Source: Coniocarpon cinnabarinum (Eukaryota). From it: a stretch of DNA of 46,059 nucleotides. Shown one piece after another: positions 23,551 through 35,668 of the stretch. Where the stretch lies: assembly GCA_051942205.1 (NCBI GenBank), contig JAVECO010000178.1:1-46059 (forward strand), given 5' to 3'. The position numbers were made by a program, and so were the translations under genes. Positions within the stretch are counted from its first letter, which is position 1; each line of letters opens with the position of its first letter. Below the pieces are notes generated by a model. The model did no database searches. It saw only the letters and a list, made by a program, of their open reading frames with translations, and was not told the DNA's origin.

Positions 23551-24398
23551 CTTGGGGTGAGAGAGACAGAAAGATGAAAATGGAGGAGAGAGGAGAAATG
23601 TACGGTGTGTAGTCTCTACGATGAAGGCAGTACCTCAGCGGCTTCGACACATAAGAGAGAGGGTTTTAGCGAGGCCAAGAGCAACATGGTTCTTCCACCG
23701 CCACTGGTAATATATGAGTTCAGCGCATTGAAGCATCTTCACAACTACCGCTCTACTACGCAGTCCAAACCTCAAGCTATGATACGTCGCCAACCTCATT
23801 GAGAAGGCATCCTGGCCAAATGGAAGAGCAATAGCACAATGCCCAGCCAGACACCCTGGACAAGACAGGAGCCCACACCTGTTCTGCTCATGGTTTGTGG
23901 GGTGACCGTCATGGGGTCTCGATTGATGTGAGATGATGCCCCTGCATTTTCGCCCCCTGCTATGCCATTTGGGGACTAGCGTACCTGGCCAAGGCCGAGA
24001 ATCTCCCTTTGACCTGGACCTCTAGGCTTACTCCACAAAAGACCAGGTAAATCAGGACACTAGCAGCTGGAATGTGTTGATCAGGGTCACTTGGCAAGCG
24101 CTTAGCGTCAGACGGCAGTTTGTAACGAACCGAGTAACATGACTGTGCTAGGATACGACGTCCAGGTGCTGCAAGTGCTATGCTTAGAAGCCAAGATACA
24201 ATGGAAGCCGACTGTCTGCTCAAGGACACATTTACGCCCGATGCGGAGTACAATTGTAGAGCTGCAGTGTCCAAGATCATTCACCGGTAGCCCAGACGTT
24301 GTAAAAATCCCTCTACGATGATCGAACAATCAGTGCGAGAGGAAGCAGATGCGTGAACTTGCCCAGTATGTTCAGCGTGTCGTACTGTACAAACAAAC

Positions 24399-27300
24399 TC
24401 AGATCCAGGGTATCCAAACAGATTGGCCGCTTTTCCAACTTGCTCCTGTGACGCCCATAATCTCCTCAACTTCACACATCAACGTGTTCGCATCGTGCAA
24501 TTGCAGCAACAGTTGCAGCTCCATCATGACTCCTTTAAAGACCTCTCCAGTCATAGGCATCTCTGACCGTTTAATAAACCTCTCCTTTGACCCCGCCAAT
24601 TCCAGCTGCGAATAATCTTCGCTTAGCTCCGAGTACTGGGTCGCCTCCCAGTCTTGTGGCGCCGTTTCATACTTCTCGGGCGTTTGTGCATCAATGGGTG
24701 TCCCTGTCGGTGGCTCCGGCCAGTCGTACTGCGTACTACCTGACCAATCAGGCTGCGGTGCGCCCTCGACAGCCGCGACTTCCACGACTCGCTCTGCGTC
24801 CTGGATGAGCACCTCCGTCGCCGCGTCCGACACCTGGTCCCAATCTTCCACGGCAGTCATAAAATCCTGCTCGGCTTCTTCCTCAACCTCTTCGCCAACG
24901 GGTTCAGCAATCTCAAAGTCTACCTCATCCAGCTTTCGTTTGCGAATCTTCGTTCGCTGGAGGACTGGTGCGATGACACTTTCAGTGCCGCGGATCGAGT
25001 CCGCTTTAATTCTGCAGAGCGCCTCACCGGCCATTGCGAAAACAAAAGCCGGGCGATGGTGCCACTGGTGGAACAAAGCTGAGGTTTTGACGAGCTCCCA
25101 CATGCATGGTGCATTTGCGCTGGGTTTGATCAGCCATGCCCGTGCGACGGGGTGATGTGGGTGGGTTGGTGCGATATCACGGAAGCGTTTCCGGCATTCC
25201 TGGCGTGCTGAGGCCCAGTTCTTGGCCCGGGCTTCCTCAGTAGAGAAGGGGTCATTATCCATTTTATTGGCTATTGAGACGGCTTGGCGCCATGGCTCGT
25301 AGAAGTGTGACAGATGGCTCAGTTGACCCTGCAGATTATTAACCATTTGTGATACCTCTTCAATGTCAGAGAACTGTTCGACTACGGCTTGCTTTAGGCG
25401 CGAAACCTCAGCATCCATGGTACTAACACCTGCAAGTGCAAACTTGTCCAGGTGTCTGAGCATCGTAGAAGCCTCAGCTCGTGCCACGTCAAAGACTAAG
25501 TGGTCAATGATATCGCGTTGGCTGGTTGGGTTCTTCGCTTTGAGGTGCGCGTCGTCCTCAAGTGGCATATCATGCGCCAAGTCATACATTGGCTTGCGAA
25601 TTCCTCGAAAGCGAGTATTCTGCATCTTCCAATTTGTCCAAGCTAATTCTGTGAAGGTGTAACCATTTTTGCTCGAGTCAACCAAGAGATCGTGCATATC
25701 AGCAAGATCTTCGAGGAAGGGATCATTCATTCGGCCGATTGTGTATCGCAGACGTGTGTGATAGTTCGTGCAAGTCCCGAGCATGCTCTCAGATAATTGC
25801 AAGCGGAAATTGAACTCGAGGAAACGGCTGTCGAAGGAACTGCCAGTATCAAACATTTCCCACAAGTAGTCCTGTCGACTTTGATGTTGTACTTCTCAGG
25901 CTTGGGGGTGACAGCGGGTGGCGGTGCATTGCGAAAGTTTTGCACCAATCTAGAATCCCAGCACACCCAAAAAGTGTCTCCGTCGTAATCTCCACCCTGC
26001 AGTTTTCCAGCCAGGGGGAAGGAGCCAGTAGTGGGAAAGACAACCACATCAACCAAACGGGCCAGCTCTGGACGACTGACGACGTGTACACGCTGAATGT
26101 CAGATCGGCGCAGCGCTGGATGTCTTGATACGAGAGCATCGCAATCTGAGAGAATGGGGGAACCGGCGATTGCAGGGTCCGAGAAAACAAGGGAGATCTC
26201 ACTCGGCTTCAGCACGCTGTAAGGGTCGGCAACGCCTATTAGTGATGTTGAGTATCGAATGCCGATCTTCAAGTCATTGCTGATTCCGGTCAAATAGCTT
26301 TTGATGGTTTGCGTAGCGACTTTAGCAAGGTATTCAAATTTTCTGATGTTGTACCCGCTCTATTTTCCCGTTAGTATTTGGAATAGCACTACAATATTTG
26401 TCGGCGCAACTCACTTGTATCATAGTTTGTAGCATCATTGACTGTGTTTTCCTACTGGATCCGCACCATTCAGTGCCCTCTGGATACGTTGAGTGTACCC
26501 TTTTTATACTGTAGCCACTCAAGAAGACGCAGAGAATGACTCAACGCGACTTCTAATTCGCCTCTTTCGGTCTCAAGCCACTCAGAGACAACTTCCTGGC
26601 AGACTTCTCGCGCTGTTCCTCGATCTTCAAAGATTGGCAGGTATTCATGATAGAACACGCTTGTAGATGGTTTGCGTGCATACTGCACCACGTCGAAACT
26701 CAGTCGCAAGGGATCAAAGGTGTTATCATGTCTATCTTCTGTATGGCGCTGAAATTTTGTTTGCGTGGGGTTGACTCGGATCCAAACATCATCCTTGTTT
26801 ATCTTCCCATGGTGAGGCGAGGAAGCCACCATCCACACACCTTTCCAAGGTCCAATCCGGGCTTGGAACGCACTGGGCGTCGGACCGACACCACCCAGCT
26901 TGTTCCAGATCAACAGTGCTGCCGCCGCCGAAATCATCTCGCAACCATCGTTCATCTCTCTCGGATGCGATGGATGTGCAACAGCAGTCCAGTCGAAAAG
27001 CTGGTCGTTGAGAGCGGCATCTTCGGGAAGACCGTCGCTAAGTTTATTGGGTACTTCGTGGATCTGGGAAGGTTTGAAGACGATGGTCGGTATCGTGCTG
27101 GAGAACCCAAGCTCAAGACGGCTGTATAATTTGCAGGCGGCCATACGCTTGTTTTTGAGTAGCTTGAAAGGAATCAGCCAATCCAATAACTCGCGACGCC
27201 TCACAGGCTGAAGATTGGGGCCTTCTTCCGCAAATAGAAAGACCTCATGGCCTTCAAGGTCGCCGAAGCGCTCTCTCTTTTTGCTAGTGGTCTTGCTTGG

Positions 27301-28798
27301 CTTTATGAAGACTACACTCCACACGCAGCCCAGGAGGCGCTTCCCAGGTGCTCGAAGCCACTGGGTGATTCGTCCCTCGAGCTGCTTTTTGTTTAGATAT
27401 GGTGGAGCATGCTTGCTTCTTGGAAGCATGATCTTCAAGAATCGATTTGAGCCGAACTTTCGGAAGAAGCGATTCGACTTCTTGTGTTGGCGAGGTGGAT
27501 TCAGCTTGAGACCCAAAACTGCTTTATCTTTTGTCGACTGGAAATTGAGAATACCCGAGAGACCAACTTGGTTTTGCCATTCTTTCTCATCGCAGTGTTG
27601 CCAAATTGTTGATTGGATGGGCTCATAGTTGGCCTGAGTCTTTGCATTCGTACGCAGACTTGACAACCAAGACAAAAGAGACTCGTGATCGTCAATCACT
27701 CCCTTTGGAATCTCGTCAAATGGAGGCAACGTTATCCCGTAATGGATTGCATATCTTAAACATTCGTACCGTACCCGTAAAGCTGTATGGCTGTAACTGT
27801 CAGGAAGATCATTTGCAAACAGACCACACGCCGGAAGTTCCCGGCTTTGCCAATGCTCACGAGGATCCTTCAAATCATTTGAGTCATGAGATGTTTCCTC
27901 TGTGATAGAGGGATTGGAGATCGTGACAGACTCAGACGGTTTTGATTCTTCTGGTCTCATGTAAAAGGTATGCGAAGCTAGTTGTAAGCTTCCCTTGCTT
28001 TGCGCGAAATGAGTGGTGAGATCATGCTTCCTCTTCAGGTTCGCAGTGGCAGTACTGCTGGGAGCTGGGGCCACGACAGGAATCTCAGCTTCAGTCAAAG
28101 GTTTGAAGAAATTCAAAATATTACCATTGCTCAGCTTGGACCGTTTGGGTGATTGATTGTAATCATCCGCGGGTCGATCTTTAGGTTTTGGAGACGGGGA
28201 CGGTGGCGGCGATGAGCTGGCTTCGTGATGCTGACAATCCGTGGCATCTGATACAACTACACAATCATGAATCAATGCTCGAGCAGCCGAGTGAAGCTAC
28301 GAACATACCATGATCGGGATAGTTGAGGATGGACTCAAAAGAGGGTACGTCTGTAGCCAATTCATGTGAGAAGACAGTGTCAAAAGATGTGCTGGCTGAT
28401 GTTGGATCTGTAACAAAAGACTGTAAGGCAGATCGTCGACCACTCGGCGGTGTGGAGCGGAAGGACGGCGATTTGACAACCTGATCATGCTGTACCTTGA
28501 GGAGGACCCTCAGAGTAGACAGGCTCTTGTCGTTGGATGAAAGCCGTCTGAAACTCTCTAAGCATTTTTGTAAGCTTGGCTTGTCTTTAAAGAAGAGTAA
28601 AGCAATGGCACGGCGGCATTTCGGGCCGAGCGCGTCACCATTTTCCTGCTCGGTGTCATCATGAGAAGGGTCTAGATCAGGAAGCTGTAGCTCAACAGCT
28701 AGGTTCTGCAGGAAAAGAGGGAGCGCTCCTGGAGAGTCTGTCGCCGCGTGCCTTCTAGCACTGGGTGACGTGTGTGGAGGACCCGCAAGTCGAGCCAT
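24399..28798 (-). pseudogene. qde-1: QDE-1-type RNA-dependent RNA polymerase with two apparent frameshifts (pseudogene or assembly indels)
   Basis: Exons 28798..28309, 28256..26415 and 26359..24399 (introns GTATGT..TAG and GTGAGT..TAG). Motifs RFFRKFGSNRF, KLYSRLELGFS, NDGC, PSAFQARIGPWKGVW, ADP..L, RHPA, VVFP, LQGGDYDGD (DYDGD at 25990-25976) and LGTCTNY. Homology changes frame at ~26522-26470 and again at ~25898-25860 with no good intron at either site. Confidence 0.85.
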
Positions 28799-29496
28799 GG
28801 AAGAGGTGGAGCAGCTGGGTCGCTCTTTCCCATTGTTCTTGTTAGGCGAGAACCTGAGCAAGAGCAGCTTGGCTGCCCTATTGGGCAACCACGTGCTAGT
28901 CTCAAAGCATTCGTTGATTCACCTTTGCCTGTTCAACACTGCTAATGATGGGACGAAAGCAGAGGTGCTAAACAACTGAGGGTATCTATTAGGAGGTGTT
29001 CTTGTTAGCGGCGGGAGGTAGCCGTGTGCCTGAGCCAGTGAACTGTCGTACGGTGGTTCTCAGGGGTGGAGACGTTTGCTGTTGACCCACGGTCACTACA
29101 GCAACGCGGCCCGGCCCGTTTCCAACAATTTCCCCGGAATTCCCACATTCGGACCAAGGTGGGTGAGAGAAATCGTGACCGCGCCAGATATTCTAGCTCT
29201 TCGTTCTTGGAATTTCAGAAACGTTTTGAGTATGATAGGAGATCTTCAGAACATGATTATGCTTCGTTGAAGAGGTCAGTTTTCAACAAGGCTTCAGCCA
29301 CGGATATGTGCAATGATGGGTCTCTAATGCCACACATAGCTCTCACATGATGGCGCGTGCCACGCACAACAGTTCATGACTTGACTGGATGAGGGCTTCT
29401 CATCTACAGGGAAGAACAAGAATTTTCGCCTCTGCCAGAAGATCCAGTGAGCCATCACTGTGCATTTACCGCTGGTTTCAACCTCGCTATGGTGCT

Positions 29497-30337
29497 TCAG
29501 TCTGCTAGAGCCTGCTGAAATACTCCTACAAGCTCGTCTATGATCTCTACCGTCTGTGGTATCTTGCTCATAAACGGCGCATCGTGGCTGGCGTCCATCC
29601 TTCGAATAATCCACTCCTCGCCGCTTTGCTTCAACATAGCCTCTTGCGCCTCTGCTGGAATAGCGCGATCCTTGAGCAACACGACGTACGCGTGCAGAGC
29701 TGACATCTCCGGCTCCGCGAACGCTCTAGGCGGTTGGGGAGTGAAGAACGTAGTCGTCGCGGAAGGGACAAGCTCACAAAGTGTATCCTCTGCCAAGATC
29801 TCATCCACATCCGCAGCAAAGATCTCTACGGGGTTCTGTGGCGATGAAAGTCCCTTGGCTGGCTGTTGCGCAAGGTTAGGAGTTTACCACATCTCTGCCT
29901 AGGATCGCGACACCTACCTTGTCTTTAGCAACCCACGGCGAAACGTCCCCACCACATGTCTCTGCAACGCTTTTACCCTCGTCGGCAATGAATGCAGAGA
30001 ATAGTATCTCCCCCATGACGCCACCGTTTTGGCCCGCAGCCTCGCGCGCGCGTTTACTGAGACCCCAGGCTGCTGCGGTTGCCGGCAAACTTCCGTATGA
30101 ATGGGAAATTATCACAACATCCTTGCCATCCTTCTCCACAAGTGGAACCAATAACTCGCTACGAACGTGCTCGGCATCAGCCGCGCAAGTCGCATGCTCG
30201 GGGTTTGCATGGTCGAATGAAGGATGATTTGTGGCGCTGGTGGGATAGCCGACTTTCTGTAGGGCATTTAGCAGTGGCTTGTACATTGACACTGGGTGCC
30301 ATGCACCAGGAACGAGCACGATTGTTGGCTTTGACAT
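29497..30337 (-). CDS. Alpha/beta hydrolase (Abhydrolase_6-like esterase), ~261 aa
   Basis: complement(join(29497..29862,29918..30337)); intron GTAGGT..CTAAC..CAG. Motifs IVLVPGAWH, SHSYG nucleophile elbow, DRAIP..Q and ASHDAPF. Confidence 0.88.
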
Positions 30338-31461
30338 GTTGACCCGTTTTCACTGTCTTTCTTGTAATGATGAACAGATACGAGATCAACGCGTGGGGTG
30401 CGAAGACTTCCTAAGATACCCCATACGTGGCCTTGACCTGCCGTGGCCTTGGGGCCGGAACCTCGTCCGACTCACAGCCAATGCTACAAGTCTACGGTTC
30501 GTCAAGCGTGATTGCGAGCCGGTGCACACTCTTGAGAAAGTGAGCTCAATGAAGTTGAGCCCGTCATGTTGTAGTGTTCACCGGAAGAATATGGTCGAAG
30601 TAGTAGCAAAGGCTACTTCGGGCCTGATCCTCCATCCTCCTCTTGAAAGCTAAACTTTGTTGATCCTCTTACACGTGTATGGCAGTCTTGCAATCGCTCT
30701 CTTCTGTGTAGTAGTCGAGCATTGTATCGTTCCTGTCTCGTGGACGCGGACTCGGGAACTTGTTGATACTTGGCTTGCGGGGAGGATCCACACGCCACCC
30801 TCACTTGCATAATGTGGTGTTTGGATCGCCAGCCGGGACGTGCGGGTTCACATGGCACTGACAAGCCCTGCTCGAGCAACTAATCCGTACCTGCTCCGCC
30901 GCCAACCTTGCATTTTCGGCGGCTCAGATGATGTTTGCGGTAATGATATGTCCAGCTTTTCGGCGTTCGGACTTGAAGCTGCGTAGGTTATATCAAAAGA
31001 CGCGCGCCATCCCGGCCTGCCTTGCAGCTATCACCCGCTGTGACGTGTCGCTCAGCTCATTTCATTTTGTGACATGGGGATACCTCGCAGAATGCTCATG
31101 ATGCCAATTTGTGTCGTGACGACGCAAAAGGCACATAGATTGTGTGCTTTTGCGAGAGACTTTGATAGGGGTTTGATACCGAAAGGCAGTAACTTGCATA
31201 TATGCGGTGCTGGGTGGTTCTGGTTACACGGAGCGAGCTAAACTCGGAAGCACCGCATTGCCTCTCACTTCACGTCTCGAGCTATCACGCTGATTTCTGT
31301 CGAGAAATGACAAGCCGACGCTATTTGAGGTGACCATGTGAGACAGTCGCTCCCCTCTTTCTTGACCGCTTGCCTTTGTCAAAATTGCTCCCAAGCTTCC
31401 TCCAAACCTCGTCATCCTTCCCAATCCTACCACTCCCCATTGCTGAACAACCTCTGGAAGG

Positions 31462-32950
31462 ATGGCTTCCCAATTAGAGGCTCCGCAGCTTGCCGAGGTG
31501 GAAGATGACACAGTAGATGGCGGTGTAGAGACATACTCAGTCGATGGCAATGAGGTTGGCCTTCCAGTCGACGAGCCTCCAGTTCAGAGGCAACTACGTT
31601 ATGGCAAGGAAAGCAAGCACCGGTCTTTTCCAATGAAGGTCATTGTCGTCGGAATGCCAGGTACAAACGGCCCTGCTATGGCGAAGGCCCTCAAGCAACT
31701 GGGCATCCCCAAGATCTTCGATACGTATGTCAGCACGAATTGACCTTTGTTCAACCCCCCGGCTTGTTTCTACGCCACGTCTTCGTTGCGACTGGTGCTC
31801 GCAGCTCGTTTTGGTCATAGTCTCGATGTTTGACACCCTCGCCAACATTCTCTTGTGCTTTGATGGGCAGATGAGGAATTTCCGCTTTGAATACTTGTGG
31901 CTAACTTCAAGTCCAGACAAGACCTGCTCGACCCGAGACTCACCAAATTCCACAAACGTCTAATTCAGATGCAAATGGGAGAAACGCGCAAGCAGAGGAA
32001 GCTCTACTTCACTGCCGACGACTTCGACCCTTTGCTCGAATCTTGCGAGGCTGTTCTGGGCTGGCCCGCCGCTGTATGTTGCAACCCCAGCTCCATAGAT
32101 GGGCACTCGTTGACGTTCTTCGAAGACATATGCAACAGATCTCATGATCGCCTATCGCGACGCCAAAGTCATCGTGACAACTCTCCCCAGCTCCGCCCAG
32201 TCAGCATGGAAAAAGAAGCTCGAATCCACGTACAATGCGCTGCAATCTTCCATCTTGATCAAATGTCTGCTCTGGTTCGACATCTCACACTACAGATCCA
32301 CTCACAACCTCCTCATGACGACGTTTAAAACTTTCTTCGACGGCGACCTTTCAAGAAACGCGCTCATGTCTTACAAGATCCATACCGGACGCATCAACGG
32401 CACAATTAATTTGCAACATCGAGACGGAAACGCAGATCTGCTCATGTTCGATCCGTCGAACGGAGACTGGCACTCGCTGTGCGCCTTTCTCCAGGTTCCA
32501 GAACCGAAAGCCATGCCGTTTCCACGCGTTCAACATCACCATGGTCCCGGCAACGCCTTAGACGCAGATCCAGCGTTCAAGCAACTCGCTCCATGGCGTC
32601 TCTTCATCCGCTACTCGAACTACCACATCCTCTTTTCGCTCGTCCTCTCTTATCCACTAGCTTTTGCTCTCGGACCGAGAACCACGGCCGATTTTGCGGA
32701 ACTTCTCGACTTCATCGTGGTCTGCCTTACGGCCATCGTCGGCGTGCGGGTAATCTCGCCACAGCGCCTTGAGCCGCCACGATTAGTGGAATTCATGGTG
32801 GCGTTGGTTGGGGAGATCATTGCTTTGTGGTATTTGCAGCCGGGTACCAAGATGATGACTACACTTTTGGGCATTGCGACGGGTCGAGCGCTTTGGTGGG
32901 GCTCATTAAGCTTTCTTGTGCGCTGGACCTTGGAGCAGGTCGTGAAATGA
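31462..32950 (+). CDS. Divergent fungal sulfotransferase-like (Sulfotransfer_4-type) protein with C-terminal TM helices (~414 aa)
   Basis: join(31462..31724,31917..32073,32126..32950). Motifs MKVIVVGMPGT..AKALKQLG, DFDPLL, DLMIAYRDAKVIVT and LLMFD..GDWHSLCAFL..PEP..PFPRV, followed by 3-4 hydrophobic segments. Intron 2 uses an AAG acceptor. Confidence 0.7.
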
Positions 32951-33335
32951 TGCTGACGGGCTGCGGTATGCCAAGGGAGCTTTGCCAAAGCAGAGACTCT
33001 GAGTAAATTCCGTTCGCTGTGAGGAAGATGATGTTCTTAATATGTCTGAGTAAATAACGAGAAATGTAGGATTACCTTATGAATGAAGAAGCTAGTCAGC
33101 CCGTATGTCACGTCTGGCTTTCGCTGGGTAGCCTGGAAAGCTCCTCTGCAGATTTAGCTTATGGCAAAGATGCAGCCCGTGTTTCAGAGTCGCAAGAACT
33201 CTCATTAACATTTACAATGCTACGCTGAAATGCTAATCCCACACATCAAGATTTTGCCCAAGGACAAATTGTAAGAAATTGCCGAGGTACTTCCACGCTC
33301 ACTATAACCATACTCGCTCCGTCCTGAGGGTCAGA

Positions 33336-34979
33336 CTAGCCTCTGCCTGCCTTCTCCCTAATCCGACTCAGCTGCTCCTGCAGATCAACGTGATCACTCT
33401 TTCCAGTCGGTCCAGGTCTGACAAGACCCGGAATGACACCGTCATATCCTCTCGCAGCCTTCCTTCTTCGCTCCTTCTCCTCTTCTGTAATCTCATCACC
33501 CTTACTACCATCCGCATTGTCATTCCGCTGACTTGCAAGACGCTTCAGATTATTGGCAACGTCTGCGGTCGACAGATTTGATACAGCATTGCGTTGAGCC
33601 TCCTTGTTACGCTGATCACGCCAGCGCGGGTCCAACTGTTCGATTTGCAGATGCTGGTTGTATTCTGAAAGAGGAATGTGCTGATGACACATTGGACACT
33701 GCGCTGTTTGCTCTTTGGCGCGGGCGCGGGCACGGGGTTGGTAGTCTGTGCGAATGTTGGGAGCGGCACCGGGCGGACGGGGTGGAGGTTGCGTAGGCTG
33801 TTGTGGGTTGGCTGGAGAAGCGAGTCGATTGTTTGCCAAGGGTGGAGGCGGTTGGAAAGGTTGACCTTGCGGTGGTGAGGCAGATGCTGGAGGGGGCGGT
33901 GCGGTCGGAAACACGGGTGGCTGTTGCGAGGGCGGACGTTGTGGGATGGGAGCGCCATTGGGTGGGAAGGGTGAAGGGACTTGTGCGGGCGGGGGCTGTT
34001 GATGTGGTGGAACCTGAAAAGCCGTCTGCGCACCATTGGGGAAGTCAAACTCGCCAGGCATGGCTTCTTCAATGCGACGACTAGAGGAAACGAGGTTCTC
34101 TGTCATGCGGCCTTTTTCTTCAAGACTCGACGCTTGGAGATCGTTGAGGCTCATAGGCGGTGGCAGATCTTCCTTGTCGTCGTCCCCGGTAAAGACGATG
34201 GTCTCAACTACTGCGAAGTCATGCCAATCAATTTCAGCATAAGCAATGCGCTCTTGTTCCTCCTTCTCCACCTTCGCTGCGCGGCGGGACTCCATGGTCT
34301 GAATGTATTTTGCGCGATGCTTGGTCCGTTCGAGGATGTGATATTTGTCTTGAATCGTCTTCTCCAGCTCAGCTTTGCGCTGCTCTGTCTTGCGTGCAAA
34401 TTCGGCTTCTGGCTTGATAAGGAGTTCGTACTGCTCGATGAGGCGTTGGAAGAAGCCATTGAGAGTATGTTGTGGGCGGAGGAATTCGAACTGGTAATTT
34501 CCCGCCTCTTTCTGCGAGATCTGAGTGATAAGCTGGCGGCCGTTCCGTGCAACGAAAAGCGCTGTTAGCTTGACTACATCCAGATCTTGAGCGGAGATGT
34601 TAGGCATCTTAGCACTGAATTGATACTCGGGCGGTTTTTCTAGCTCTGGCTTCTTCGCGCCGCGTTGCTGCTGACCCACTGCAGTAGCCGCACTCTCTTG
34701 ATTTTGTCCCATATCAATGCCCCGATTCTGCTTGATTTCCTCGAGCCGCCACTCATAGTACTTGCGGAAGATGTCATCCGACTTGAGCCAGGAAAACTTC
34801 GGATCATCACTTTGCTTGGTCCGTAAGCGTTCTTCGAAGGCCTTACCGTTGCGATATATGTAGGACGCGGTCCTTTCGATGATGTTTTTTAGATCGCGTG
34901 GAGGTTGGATGACATCCTCTGGCGGTTTCAGCTTGGCAAAAGCCTCGTCTATTGAAGACTTGGGGGCTGCGTCTGCCAT
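33336..34979 (-). CDS. PRP21: Splicing factor 3A subunit 1 (Prp21/Sap114)
   Basis: Single 547-aa ORF. Two SURP domains (IIERTASY..NG..FE; VVKLTALFVARNG), IDWHDFAVVETI, CPMC..H..IEQLDPRW and DVANNLKRLASQR. Confidence 0.95.
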   Translation of the reverse strand: MADAAPKSSIDEAFAKLKPPEDVIQPPRDLKNIIERTASYIYRNGKAFEERLRTKQSDDPKFSWLKSDDIFRKYYEWRLEEIKQNRGIDMGQNQESAATAVGQQQRGAKKPELEKPPEYQFSAKMPNISAQDLDVVKLTALFVARNGRQLITQISQKEAGNYQFEFLRPQHTLNGFFQRLIEQYELLIKPEAEFARKTEQRKAELEKTIQDKYHILERTKHRAKYIQTMESRRAAKVEKEEQERIAYAEIDWHDFAVVETIVFTGDDDKEDLPPPMSLNDLQASSLEEKGRMTENLVSSSRRIEEAMPGEFDFPNGAQTAFQVPPHQQPPPAQVPSPFPPNGAPIPQRPPSQQPPVFPTAPPPPASASPPQGQPFQPPPPLANNRLASPANPQQPTQPPPRPPGAAPNIRTDYQPRARARAKEQTAQCPMCHQHIPLSEYNQHLQIEQLDPRWRDQRNKEAQRNAVSNLSTADVANNLKRLASQRNDNADGSKGDEITEEEKERRRKAARGYDGVIPGLVRPGPTGKSDHVDLQEQLSRIREKAGRG

Positions 34980-35668
34980 GCTGGGCGTAATTCGGCTTGA
35001 AAGCCCTTAGCAGGCGGTGAACTCAAGCGCAGTCCGATGTTCGATAGGGCAACACTGTTCACGACTTGAACGTGGTTGGATATGAGCAAAGCGTTGGAAC
35101 GTTGAGCTCCGTACTGCGCAGCGATTCGACCGCTCCTGTAAGTTAATTACAAGAGAGATGATAATTGCCCCAGTGAGGCTGCGGAGAATACGAGAGCAGC
35201 TACGTATTGGGAGTTTTGGCGAGCAGCCCAGCGCACCTCAATGTCAACCTCTAGCAAAAAGTGCAGGTGGTGATAGCCCAGAGGTGACGCCGATAGGGCT
35301 GAATAAGGCTGGAGGGGACCCAGTATACTGTAGGGCTGAGATGGTCCAGAGGGGCAGGGGGACGCGACGGACGGGCGACGCCAGGGACGCGGCTCCCTGG
35401 CATTTTATTTGGTCGATCGCAAAGCGCACGAGTCTTATCTTCTCTCAGCCTGCTTCCCTTTCTTCGCATTTGCTTTGCCGAAATCCACAATTTCAACGAG
35501 GAGCGTCGAATAGCCCCTCACCTTCACTGCCGCCTTGTTGAATGTCTCATTAGATTCTCCAAACCCCTTCACCTTTCCATACTTTCTCCGGGGGCCCAAT
35601 GCGCGGCTGAGGACGATATTGCCCAACTTTCATTCCCACCATATTCTCTTGTCAGGCCCACCTAGTTC
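34980..35668. promoter_or_regulatory. Divergent intergenic region shared by PRP21 and PMT1
   Basis: Head-to-head genes ~690 bp apart, with a CT-rich tract before PMT1. Confidence 0.45.

Noticed and set aside
25855..26505. Programmed ribosomal frameshifting as the explanation for the RdRP breaks
   Set aside because: TAT AAA AAG is not a canonical X XXY YYZ site and a +1 shift is needed there; CAC TGA is not an antizyme-type shift site; GGGAAAT at the second site is in the wrong phase.
26480..26540. Intron rescuing the first RdRP frameshift
   Set aside because: The only frame-restoring candidates are a 19-nt GTACAC..CAG (too short) or introns with poor donors (GTCATT, GTCTTC) that would delete sequence resembling QDE-1.
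29066..29350. 94-aa ORF divergent from the RdRP
   Set aside because: GTG start, no motif and no splice support.
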